64,000 bases of DNA, from IMG/VR virus record IMGVR_UViG_3300044655_002046. The stretch is one strand, 5' to 3'. Source of the DNA: a virus. The position numbers were made by a program, and so were the translations under genes. Numbering within the stretch: position 1 is the stretch's first letter; every line of letters starts with the position of its first letter. The notes beneath the pieces were generated by a model. It ran no database searches. It saw only the letters and a program-made list of their open reading frames with translations, and was not told the origin of the DNA. Shown in pieces: positions 18,983 through 28,299 of the stretch.

Positions 18983-20761
18983 TTAGATTGAGGGCCGCCG
19001 CTTACGCGCTGCTAGTAGTAACCCCTTACCGCGAGCTGTAGTTAGTTCTCTATTCTTCTTGAGCGTCTTGCTACTGATACTCTTAATGCCGCTAGAGCTC
19101 ATACTGAATCCCATGAGAGTACTGTCCTCCTTAACGCAGTTGAATACAGCGTTAACTACAGCATCTATTATGTCCTTACCACTGGCCCGCTCGTTGTGAG
19201 TTATCTTACCACTAGCTAGTTGTAATATACCGCCCATCTCAGCCATCAGACTATGCGTCCAGGTACTATCGCGAGGTAGTATCAACCGCCCCTCATTGAG
19301 TAGTTGTCGCGTTAGGTTATAGTAACTCAGCTGCGCTGTATTAGTGGTACTCATCTCAGTAGAGCGTATGCCGTGAGCGTGTAGTCGCTGTATAGTGGAC
19401 TGAGATTGATAGGAGTCAAATGAGCAGAGACTAATATGGCGGGCCTGACATATCTGCACTAACTTCTCCTCTATATCTAGGTAGGAGACTATACGCTGTA
19501 TGCCCCTCCCCTTATCATCTCTATCACTATAAGGCTTCCATACTAATAGACCATCTACTATGACGCCCCATCTACCATCCTCTAGCTTAGTGCTCCTTAC
19601 GAAGGCAATAGCGGCGCTATCCTTCTTGAGCCCGTAGTCTACGTGTAGATAGGAGCGGCCTTCACTGAGTCTCTCTAGTCTATTTATCTGCAGTGATACG
19701 TAATGGCGTATATCATCCCCATTGGTTATATCCAGTGGTATAGAACGCGCATCCAGACAAGAGAGACCCTTAACTGCCTCCTCTATATACTCCTTCTGGA
19801 AGAAGGAGCCGTGCTTACTAGAGCGTATGCCCTCATACTCCAGAGCTGCTGTCACGGGATCGCGTATGTAGTCCTCACTATTCTTGAGGCTATACTCACT
19901 GACCTCTGGTCGTAGATTGATATCCCAGGTGCGTAGGCGGAATGCCACCATGCGCGCATCGCGTGTCGCTACCTTATAGAGATTCTGTATGTAGTCCCCC
20001 TCACCCCAAGCAGAACTGATGGCTATCTTCTTACCTTTATCACCGAAGGTACTCAGCCCCTTAGCTACGTTACTCCATATATCATCTGCCTTCGATTCCC
20101 CTAGCTCGTTATACTCGAAGCGGGCCGCCTCATCTAGAACCAACATTTTAAGAGAATAACCTACTAGGGACTGCGAGTTAGTGTGTTTAGCGTAGATGGC
20201 TATATTCTTAGCCGGGCAACGTATCTCCTGCGTGAGTATCTCTATTTGACCACTGTTCTCTAGCCCCTTGAAGTACGCGCTCTGGCTGGCGTAGCCTCTG
20301 ATAGCGCCGAATAGCGTCTCATTGACCTGGGCCCCGCTTCGCGCTATAACAAATATAGCTATGGGGGATCCACTCAATAGACCATAGTGCTTAGCTGGGT
20401 TATCTAGGTTGATAAGGCAGTAGAATTCATAGAGCACGCATATACTCGCTAGCACACTCTTACCTCCTCGTCGCCCGCACTCTAGTACCATGTTGACGTA
20501 GGAGCGGTCTGGTACCCAGGTGGTTAGATCCTGCTCAACCCATCGCTGTAGTATAGTCAGCTCGTCTGGCGGTAGAGGCTCATTATAGAGAGCGCGTAGT
20601 ATGGCCCTCTGAGGCGGGAATAATGTCTCGCCGGGGGCCAGTAGATATTGCTCTGCAAATTCAACTATACCTATAACGTGACCAGTCCTAACCTGAGCTA
20701 GGCCCTCATATACTAGCTCATCGAATAGCTCTATTGGATCCAACTTACGTTTACGCGCCAA
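18983..20761 (-). CDS. terL: terminase large subunit
   Basis: Walker A GRRGGKS, Walker B LVLDEAA, coupling motif ISS, and RNase H-like nuclease motifs HVDYGLKKDSAA and KDIIDAVVNA. Confidence 0.92.
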   Translation of the reverse strand: MARKRKLDPIELFDELVYEGLAQVRTGHVIGIVEFAEQYLLAPGETLFPPQRAILRALYNEPLPPDELTILQRWVEQDLTTWVPDRSYVNMVLECGRRGGKSVLASICVLYEFYCLINLDNPAKHYGLLSGSPIAIFVIARSGAQVNETLFGAIRGYASQSAYFKGLENSGQIEILTQEIRCPAKNIAIYAKHTNSQSLVGYSLKMLVLDEAARFEYNELGESKADDIWSNVAKGLSTFGDKGKKIAISSAWGEGDYIQNLYKVATRDARMVAFRLRTWDINLRPEVSEYSLKNSEDYIRDPVTAALEYEGIRSSKHGSFFQKEYIEEAVKGLSCLDARSIPLDITNGDDIRHYVSLQINRLERLSEGRSYLHVDYGLKKDSAAIAFVRSTKLEDGRWGVIVDGLLVWKPYSDRDDKGRGIQRIVSYLDIEEKLVQICQARHISLCSFDSYQSQSTIQRLHAHGIRSTEMSTTNTAQLSYYNLTRQLLNEGRLILPRDSTWTHSLMAEMGGILQLASGKITHNERASGKDIIDAVVNAVFNCVKEDSTLMGFSMSSSGIKSISSKTLKKNRELTTARGKGLLLAARKRRPSI

Positions 20762-21539
20762 GTGTCACCTCCATATACATATTCTTAGTCTCTATGTATT
20801 CTGTTATGCCTATGTTAGGTTGTATGGCCTTGATTAAATTAGGATCCTCGTTTATAGCAACGTAAAATACGTCATCTTGAGGTATCATGTGTATTGCCGC
20901 AGGGCCCGATATTGTGTTTACTGGTAGTGATGGATCTAAGTATATAGATGATATGGTACTCATAATATAGGGGCCCGCGTCTATCTCTAGCTCTATGTAC
21001 TCGTCTGATATCGGTACCTCTAAGCGGGGGTGTGATTCTATATAGCGTAGTGTCCAGGGCACAGTTGAATTGAAGCGGATAGTCGTTACCCTTGTATTCT
21101 GCGGGGCCTCTAATTGTACCTCCTGATCTAGACTATTGTCTCGAGAGAAGGCAGTGTAGACTATAATGGTACTAGAGCTACCTGACCGCAGTACGTATGC
21201 GCTTATACTACCCTCCTCCTTAGTAGAGAGGAGGGCTCTCTGCAGTGGTTCTAGACCCCAGCTATCTAATTCTGAGCGCATGATAAAATTACCCCTACTA
21301 TCTATCATGTCGTAGGGGCCGGGCACTCTAACAGAATGTATATCCTTATTGAGGACTACGACGGGGTAATCAGTACTACTGAGTAATTGTATTATCCACC
21401 AATCTAATAGCGGCAGTGCGCCTAATAGTGCAGGGGCCCGTGTTCTAATTAATGACTCGAGGTTAATCACAATGAATAATGACTTTAGACGGCGACGCCT
21501 TAGTATTATGCCCCTCACTATATGGTCAATAGCAGGCAC
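20751..21539 (-). CDS. hypothetical virion-module protein
   Basis: 262-aa ORF (GTG start) coupled to terL. Confidence 0.7.
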   Translation of the reverse strand: MPAIDHIVRGIILRRRRLKSLFIVINLESLIRTRAPALLGALPLLDWWIIQLLSSTDYPVVVLNKDIHSVRVPGPYDMIDSRGNFIMRSELDSWGLEPLQRALLSTKEEGSISAYVLRSGSSSTIIVYTAFSRDNSLDQEVQLEAPQNTRVTTIRFNSTVPWTLRYIESHPRLEVPISDEYIELEIDAGPYIMSTISSIYLDPSLPVNTISGPAAIHMIPQDDVFYVAINEDPNLIKAIQPNIGITEYIETKNMYMEVTLGA

Positions 21540-21622
21540 CGCGCATGTACTTGACTCTAGATTTGAAGGGCTATAACATAATTCGTGTAGTAGGTGACGC
21601 TGTGCTTAGTACTAGGTGGGAA

Positions 21623-22093
21623 TCACGCCTGCTCGTTGAGCAGTAAATTGATAGTGTAATTGTATACTGCAGGTGGTGCTACTGAGAGGGGCGCGTTAAC
21701 TACGGTTTCTATGTGCACTACAGTACCCACGTTACTGCCGCGGTTATTACCATTAGAGGGACTGGCACCAGTTAGGTCAGCCCCTCGCACTACCAACGCA
21801 TGAGTGAAGGGTCCTATAGGCCCCCCTGATGGTGTGAATGTGGCAGTAGCAATTAGACTAGCAGTGGGCGTTGTACGCGTTGGGATAGTGATAATTGGGG
21901 TAGTGATAATGAATCTACTATAGCCGCTAATCTCCCAGAGGGCTGCTTCAGCCATAGTGATATTCAGGCGGGCATCTATCTCATTGGGGGTTAATACAGT
22001 ACCGATACCCAATTGGGGCCGGTTGATTAGAATGACTACTAGATTAGTATTAATCTGAGATAGTAGGAAGGAGTATAGTGCTCTTGGGTACAT
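21623..22093 (-). CDS. baseplate/tail-fibre-associated hypothetical protein
   Basis: Beta-rich ORF (GYSRF...ATATFTPSGG.IGPFTH..V) in the structural operon. Confidence 0.55.
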   Translation of the reverse strand: MYPRALYSFLLSQINTNLVVILINRPQLGIGTVLTPNEIDARLNITMAEAALWEISGYSRFIITTPIITIPTRTTPTASLIATATFTPSGGPIGPFTHALVVRGADLTGASPSNGNNRGSNVGTVVHIETVVNAPLSVAPPAVYNYTINLLLNEQA

Positions 22094-22094
22094 G

Positions 22095-22463
22095 TTAAGG
22101 TAGTGTTATATTAAGGCGGCTCTCTACGACGCCGTCGATGATCCTATATACTATATCATTATCTAGGGGGTCATATAGCTCTATATCATAGAACCATGTC
22201 TGGCGGAGTGCTGTAGTAGGTATGTTTCTAGTGCGTGTGGCCCCCAGATAGGGCTTAATACGTGTGTAAGTCACTCCATCTCTAACTACTGTAGTCAGGG
22301 GCTCAAACTCAAAGTTAGCGAATAACTCACCATCCTCCTCATCTCGTATCTGGCCCCGGCACTGCATTGCTGTTAGGTCTCCCTGACGTAGTATAGTCAG
22401 TAGATCCCAGAGGGCCCCCCGTATAATAGCTCTATCCTTAACTAGATCTAGCTTAGTTACCAT
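22095..22463 (-). CDS. BppU-N-like Ig-fold baseplate protein
   Basis: RG..W.L...L.Q.DLT....RGQIR...YDIEL......YRI..G.V pattern. Confidence 0.4.
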   Translation of the reverse strand: MVTKLDLVKDRAIIRGALWDLLTILRQGDLTAMQCRGQIRDEEDGELFANFEFEPLTTVVRDGVTYTRIKPYLGATRTRNIPTTALRQTWFYDIELYDPLDNDIVYRIIDGVVESRLNITLP

Positions 22464-23302
22464 AATATCAATGTTGCTGTTACTGACTGCTGTATGGTTA
22501 CGCCCTGTATAATACTATGACTGAGGCGCACCCTATCAACTAACCACTGCTGTTTATATAGAATACTATCTAATAGTGGGGGGCTATCTAGTAGGAATAA
22601 CTCCTGAGTCTGTGCTCTATATTGATATAGCGTCGTCCCCTCACCATAATTAATAGTAGACCAGCCCGTATATGTTCCTATCCAGGGTTCCTCTAATCTA
22701 GTGGGTAACTCACCTACTAGATTAGGTAGTGTACGTGTCATCTGCTCTACTCTTGGTGGGCCAAGGGGATCTAGTAGATTAGTAGGTCTTAACTTACTCC
22801 ACTGGAGAGTATCAGGCGGCGCTATGTCACCTGATACGTGTTGATATTCATAGTAAGGCCATATCACTCGCCCCGTCCATACCCAGCCGGGTAATAGGGG
22901 GTGTATACCCTGGCTATTTAACAACACCACCCTACCACTGAATATAGGTACTAGATCGTCCGCCGAGGGATAGCGTAGCGTGTAACCATTATCTACCATT
23001 GGTATATATGGTAGTAGATGCTCTACTAAATCTACTGGTAAGTAGATATATCGTCTATTGGGCCATCTCTGACCATCTATTCTTACAAATACGGCTATCT
23101 CCTGCCAGCCGCGACGGCCCCATAGATCACCACCCAGCCACTGAATTCCTACCCATGTGTAACTCTCTACCTCTTTGACTAGTGCATCTAGGCCCCTATA
23201 CTCAAATAGACCTGCCTGTGGCTGATAGGGCCGCGTGGGGTTGAGCTGTCGCTGTTCTGTTACTAGTTCTTGCCATGGTTTAATAGTACTCAATTCGGCC
23301 AA
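22457..23302 (-). CDS. hypothetical virion-module protein
   Basis: 281-aa ORF in a coupled operon. Confidence 0.7.
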   Translation of the reverse strand: MAELSTIKPWQELVTEQRQLNPTRPYQPQAGLFEYRGLDALVKEVESYTWVGIQWLGGDLWGRRGWQEIAVFVRIDGQRWPNRRYIYLPVDLVEHLLPYIPMVDNGYTLRYPSADDLVPIFSGRVVLLNSQGIHPLLPGWVWTGRVIWPYYEYQHVSGDIAPPDTLQWSKLRPTNLLDPLGPPRVEQMTRTLPNLVGELPTRLEEPWIGTYTGWSTINYGEGTTLYQYRAQTQELFLLDSPPLLDSILYKQQWLVDRVRLSHSIIQGVTIQQSVTATLILW

Positions 23303-24428
23303 TCTCCTCTTTAGCTACTAGGTAATTATCATTCTCGTATGTAGCAAGAATGAATATATTACTCCATTCTCTTATAGATAAGAAGAATATGGGCTTATAA
23401 TCGCCCTCTCTATATATTATGCCTATCGATGATTGTATAGGCACAGTACGGGCCTGCGGAGTAGACCTGCCCAGCGGTATAAGCGTATTAACTGATAGAC
23501 CAGAGAACATAGTAGCCGTCAGTAACCTTACATCTCTTACACTGACCCACCAGCTCTCTGGTCCATTTGCTAATACTATGCAGCCATCTTGTAAATACAT
23601 GGCCCGGCTATTTATACGAGTACCATCTATTAGATACATCTCGTATAACTCTGCCCCTATAGTCTCATTTATTGTATAGTTTCGTATAAACCTAGTAGCA
23701 GCGCGGAGTAGGCCTAGGTCACGAATTATGGGCCCCCGCGGCGGCCGGGCATTAAACCACGCCTTATCGCCTTGTCTTACACTCTCTACTGTCTCTATTG
23801 GCATCGTTACAGTTATATCCCCTAGTCTACCTACTATCTGACGACCCCGACTAGTATAGACTGTATCTGCCTCTATCGTTGTGGCGTCTCCTATTCTATC
23901 TATGTAGAAACGACCTGAGCCCAGAGATTCTAACCATACCTGCAGGTCTATTATACTGTCACTCCATCGAGATGGAACCCCAGTAGTAATCTGAAGTATT
24001 TCATTGACTGGCGTTCTTACGTCTCCTGCTGCTGTCTCTAATATGAGATCATTATCAATTAATCTAACTGCCTCTACTATGATGCTATCTATGTATGTGA
24101 CTAGCGCAGTACGGCGTACGAGCTGTACCTCTGGTGCTATACCCTGTTCTAGGTACTCTATCACAGCCGCCTCTGCGTCAGCGGCCTGACTAAACGGACG
24201 TGTTAGTGTCTGCGCCACTGGGGCGTTATAGGTCGGCGTGCCATCTGGTCTAGTGTAAATAGTATTATTGCCTTGTATTATAGACAGTACATCTCGTAGG
24301 TTAGAGCGGGCGGGCCCCACTGTCACTATCTTATCAGTGATAGATAGAGTACCCGTCACCTGAGACTCTATCTTACCTACTAGATATCTCATAGTCACAG
24401 ACTGACCTATGTGTATCAATAATCTCAT
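23280..24428 (-). CDS. hypothetical virion-module protein
   Basis: 382-aa ORF in a coupled operon. Confidence 0.7.
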   Translation of the reverse strand: MRLLIHIGQSVTMRYLVGKIESQVTGTLSITDKIVTVGPARSNLRDVLSIIQGNNTIYTRPDGTPTYNAPVAQTLTRPFSQAADAEAAVIEYLEQGIAPEVQLVRRTALVTYIDSIIVEAVRLIDNDLILETAAGDVRTPVNEILQITTGVPSRWSDSIIDLQVWLESLGSGRFYIDRIGDATTIEADTVYTSRGRQIVGRLGDITVTMPIETVESVRQGDKAWFNARPPRGPIIRDLGLLRAATRFIRNYTINETIGAELYEMYLIDGTRINSRAMYLQDGCIVLANGPESWWVSVRDVRLLTATMFSGLSVNTLIPLGRSTPQARTVPIQSSIGIIYREGDYKPIFFLSIREWSNIFILATYENDNYLVAKEEIGRIEYY

Positions 24429-24439
24429 TAGACCCTCCC

Positions 24440-26425
24440 TTATTTCAGAACCTTTATATAATTACGTATAGAAGTAGCAAATGGATCTCTGTTAAAATCT
24501 ACCGCAAAGGCTACATCAACAAGAGCGAGTATCTGACTATTAGATAGCGTATCAGGATTTATGTCGGGATTAACATTTAATATTGCTTGTGCCTGATTCT
24601 TTGCTATTTGTTCTACTTGTATAGGCGAAGTAAAATGGTTAATAATAGCCTGGCCAGTTGTAGCATCTGGGGCCTGTCCTACCACTTGATTAGTAGGCGA
24701 ACCCAGCTCATCAGGTAGTTGCTCTACTATATCCTGTATATCACTTGTATTAGCTACTCTAGGTACTACTGGAGACCCAGGATTAATCTTTTGCTTGACT
24801 AGATTTAATATGCTTTCTATCTGACTATCTTCAACTATTGCCTGCTTATTCTCTAGATTGACCCTTATTGTCTCTCTAAGTACTGAATCCGTTATCGGGT
24901 AGTCTCTTATCTCTGCAGTAAGCTGGTTAGCAACTGCTTCTTCTGATATGGCGCCCCCTCCCGTAATAGAAATAATCTTATTAGCTGGAGAGGCCGGCGC
25001 AGATACAGGCGTGTTACCAGCACCTGTATTAGTTTGTAATGTATTGTGGGGTGATCCTACTGGTACAGCTGGCGCGATTAATGTATTCGTAGGTATAGGT
25101 ACTATAGAATCAATAGTATCGAATGTATAGTCTATAGTAATAATAGGTTCATCATCAATAGAGTCTACAGTAGGGCTTGAGGTAATTGGGGTACCGTCAG
25201 GATTAAGTGGAAGAGGTACTTCCTCTTCTGGAGGTTTTACTGAAGTAATTCTTATATTACCAATTAATCGTTGATCTAGTATCTCGTTAAGTATTCTGAG
25301 AGCTCTCTTTTTATCAGATATATCTTTAAGAGCCTTGAGCTTCTGGGTCTCAGTGGCGCCTGGGCGTAGAGTATTAGCAATCTTTATAATGTCATTGTAT
25401 ACACCCTCATCAGTTATAGCTCTGGGATACTTCTCATTATATTCACTGAGTACCTGATACCTTAAACTAGTCGCAACGTTGTCAGATACGCCGGGCCTAG
25501 CATTCTTAATATAATTAACTAATTCAGCCGGGTTCATGTCCTGCGGTCTATAACCTTCTCTGTACATAGTAGTGGTTAACGAAGCAGGATCATCTTCTAT
25601 TGGAAAATCAATATTATTACGTATAATTTGTCTAGCACGGAGTACTTCTTCAACATCAGCACTTGGGTAATTATCCGCTATCCATCTAGACGCATCACCT
25701 ATAGATACATTCTCATTACGCATTTGGATGGCTATGTCGCCGCTTTCTTGACTTACCTTATCTATATTAGGAATATCCCTTCTTGTTAAGGTTGACCGCG
25801 TAGCGTTTGTATTATTAACAATACTATTAATTTGAGAAGCACTAGCTATATTACTAGTCGCACCTAGGCCAGGAGTTATAAACCTAGTGAACCTAGCCGC
25901 GACGTTACTACTACTGAGATAATTCGAGGGAGGTTGTAGTATGCCGGGAGTGACGCGCTCTGTAAAGTTTACTGCGCTACTCTTAGCCTTATTAGCAGTA
26001 GAGAGAATGGCGCTACGAACACCTCGAGTAGACTGAGCCAGGCTACCAGTTATCTTAGCACCTGGCCCAGTACTTAATATACCAGTCTTTGATATAACCT
26101 TACCCGCGAGTCTTGCTGGGACAGATGCAACCTTAGTACCAACACCAACTACCTTGCCGAGCGCTGCAGTTTCTATTTTAGTAGGAGCCAGTATAGTTAC
26201 TGCGTCTCTGGCTGCCTCAACAGGTGTGTATTGCCTGCTATCTCCATTAGCAACTGTATTAATAACATCACCCGCAGCAACCCTGTCACCTGAGGCAAAT
26301 GCTGCTGTTACTACTCCTTCTACAATGGCAATAGTCGTAGGTATGGAGCCCGCGGCTACAGTAACGGCCTGCACCATAGCCTCAATACTTGCTTCAGTAT
26401 GTATAAGTTTACTGTATTTTATCAT
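24440..26425 (-). CDS. hypothetical low-complexity helical protein (661 aa)
   Basis: Long ORF with an A/G/V/T-rich hydrophobic N-terminus and a P/T-rich linker. Confidence 0.7.
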   Translation of the reverse strand: MIKYSKLIHTEASIEAMVQAVTVAAGSIPTTIAIVEGVVTAAFASGDRVAAGDVINTVANGDSRQYTPVEAARDAVTILAPTKIETAALGKVVGVGTKVASVPARLAGKVISKTGILSTGPGAKITGSLAQSTRGVRSAILSTANKAKSSAVNFTERVTPGILQPPSNYLSSSNVAARFTRFITPGLGATSNIASASQINSIVNNTNATRSTLTRRDIPNIDKVSQESGDIAIQMRNENVSIGDASRWIADNYPSADVEEVLRARQIIRNNIDFPIEDDPASLTTTMYREGYRPQDMNPAELVNYIKNARPGVSDNVATSLRYQVLSEYNEKYPRAITDEGVYNDIIKIANTLRPGATETQKLKALKDISDKKRALRILNEILDQRLIGNIRITSVKPPEEEVPLPLNPDGTPITSSPTVDSIDDEPIITIDYTFDTIDSIVPIPTNTLIAPAVPVGSPHNTLQTNTGAGNTPVSAPASPANKIISITGGGAISEEAVANQLTAEIRDYPITDSVLRETIRVNLENKQAIVEDSQIESILNLVKQKINPGSPVVPRVANTSDIQDIVEQLPDELGSPTNQVVGQAPDATTGQAIINHFTSPIQVEQIAKNQAQAILNVNPDINPDTLSNSQILALVDVAFAVDFNRDPFATSIRNYIKVLK

Positions 26426-27971
26426 TCTTGAGATTATCTATTGCTTCTTTATCAGTTACTTCAAATAATTGTCCTACAGTGAAGACGTAATATCTGCACG
26501 TCCCATTTTTATCACATACCTCACTTAAGCGAACGCCCAGACCGGTCTCCCATTCAGATAGCGTTTTGCCATCGGTTCCCTCCCTAGCCATATTAATATC
26601 ATCAGTTATAGCCCTGTCGTCCGCCGCACTGGCCTGCTCTTCTACTGTAGTCCGGCTTATAGCCTCTTTGAGACTAGCAGGTATGTGCTCTATCTTAGTT
26701 ATCTCACACTTATCCTCCGTTAGAGAGCGCGTCTCGAATTGTAGCGTATAGTATGTTCTATCGCTACGCGCATGCGCTACCTCGAGTAGTGATAGATGCC
26801 CGCGGAAGCGGGGATTACCTGTCTTAGCTGAACGTATCACCCCCTCCTCTACGTCGAAGGCCTGGTAGCGTGCCATGTTGATCTCTACGTCTAGATCAGC
26901 TCCACTCAGGTATGCGTGCTCGTAGAAGCTCTGCATAGCGCCATAAGTATCTAGCTTAGCCATAAGAGTCCCGACATTATCTTTACCAGTAGCATGAGAT
27001 AGATAAGTAGCCGGGCTCGGTTTATCGCCGTCCACTCCAGTGAACATCCCTACTACAGTTACCATCACACTATCTATCCCCATGTGCTGGTAGATAGGTG
27101 TGCTGCCTGGTACCCGCAACTTAGCGATATTAGCCTTAACTCGTATGTGTAGCCCTGGCAGTGCGTTGGGTACATCCTTACTCGCTGTCATAGGTATGAC
27201 TGAGTCCATGGCCGGCAATAAACTGAAGAAATAACTCTTATTAGTGTCTACTTGTGTAACCCTCATACCCCAGTCTGCCGCAGGTGGATACGTTATAGTC
27301 GGCTCCTGCTTAGTTGTTAATTTGCTAGCATCCCCCTTAGAAGTATCTACTTCACCACCTGCAGGTATGCCTGTACTACGCGGAGTGGCAAGTCCTGCTA
27401 TATACGCACTGGCCTTGTCTTTTCCTTCCTGGGTGAGGCTCGTACTAATAGGCAATGTAGGAATTGTTCTGAGGTACTTTATAGCCTCTCTTCTGGCTTC
27501 ATCATTTAATTGGTCATTATCTAGTAGTTTTATAATAAGATCTATATCGCTATCGTAGTAAGGAGGATTAACATAGAAGTTAACGTCATACTCCCTACCT
27601 GGTACTATATCATTCAACCCCAGCTTAGTGTTAACTGTTGTACCAGGTGCGGCGGCCGGTACTCGTGAGAGAGTATCGTCTATCACCACCTGCATAGCTG
27701 GAACATTAGGATTATTACCAGATATTGCAATTGTTCTTTTTACTTTGTTTACTACTTCGTTGTTTAAGGGACCATTCGCTGCTACTAATAATTGAGATAG
27801 GAGCTCTATATAAGAATCACTAAAGCTACTAGGTACCTCTCTTAATTTAGAAATAACATCATTAACCGGTAGTGGCGCATTAAAGTCCTCTTGACCTAAT
27901 AATTCAAAGTACGCATCTCTAACGGGATGACCCGATGGTATAGCGCCATTTAAAGATAAGGTATTACTCAC
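26409..27971 (-). CDS. hypothetical tail protein (520 aa)
   Basis: Long ORF. The C-terminal half resembles tube-initiator-type beta proteins (AKLRVPGSTPIYQHMGID..MVTVVGMFTG). Confidence 0.6.
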   Translation of the reverse strand: MSNTLSLNGAIPSGHPVRDAYFELLGQEDFNAPLPVNDVISKLREVPSSFSDSYIELLSQLLVAANGPLNNEVVNKVKRTIAISGNNPNVPAMQVVIDDTLSRVPAAAPGTTVNTKLGLNDIVPGREYDVNFYVNPPYYDSDIDLIIKLLDNDQLNDEARREAIKYLRTIPTLPISTSLTQEGKDKASAYIAGLATPRSTGIPAGGEVDTSKGDASKLTTKQEPTITYPPAADWGMRVTQVDTNKSYFFSLLPAMDSVIPMTASKDVPNALPGLHIRVKANIAKLRVPGSTPIYQHMGIDSVMVTVVGMFTGVDGDKPSPATYLSHATGKDNVGTLMAKLDTYGAMQSFYEHAYLSGADLDVEINMARYQAFDVEEGVIRSAKTGNPRFRGHLSLLEVAHARSDRTYYTLQFETRSLTEDKCEITKIEHIPASLKEAISRTTVEEQASAADDRAITDDINMAREGTDGKTLSEWETGLGVRLSEVCDKNGTCRYYVFTVGQLFEVTDKEAIDNLKNDKIQ

Positions 27972-28299
27972 GCAGGCTCTCCGCTATTACTAGGAATTGG
28001 GCTATGGTGTGGTCAGATAGATAAGAGGGTATATGAATATACTGCCCGCGGTAATACAGTTCTCTATACGTATTAGTCATACCTGCCGTTAGGAGGCCTA
28101 GTGGTAGCGATGTTAGGTAATCGAGCTCCTCATCTGTGAAGTCAGCTATAGGGAGGCCTTGTAATAATAGGGCCAGTCTATTATCGTAGCCCCGCGCTGT
28201 CAACTGCGGTACGGTACGACGATATAGTGCCCCTGTGATGAGGGGCACAGCGTGATTAACTGGTATACGCGCTACTATACTCTCTAATACGTCAGACAC
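27964..28299 (-). CDS. hypothetical protein
   Basis: 111-aa ORF, coupled to both neighbours. Confidence 0.6.
   Translation of the reverse strand: MSDVLESIVARIPVNHAVPLITGALYRRTVPQLTARGYDNRLALLLQGLPIADFTDEELDYLTSLPLGLLTAGMTNTYRELYYRGQYIHIPSYLSDHTIAQFLVIAESLRE

Noticed and set aside
4439-26954. Other GTAAGTA / TAAGTAnnTAG matches (e.g. 4439, 23038, 26944)
   Set aside because: They lie in ordinary backbone sequence without composition shifts. A 7-mer is expected several times by chance in 64 kb.
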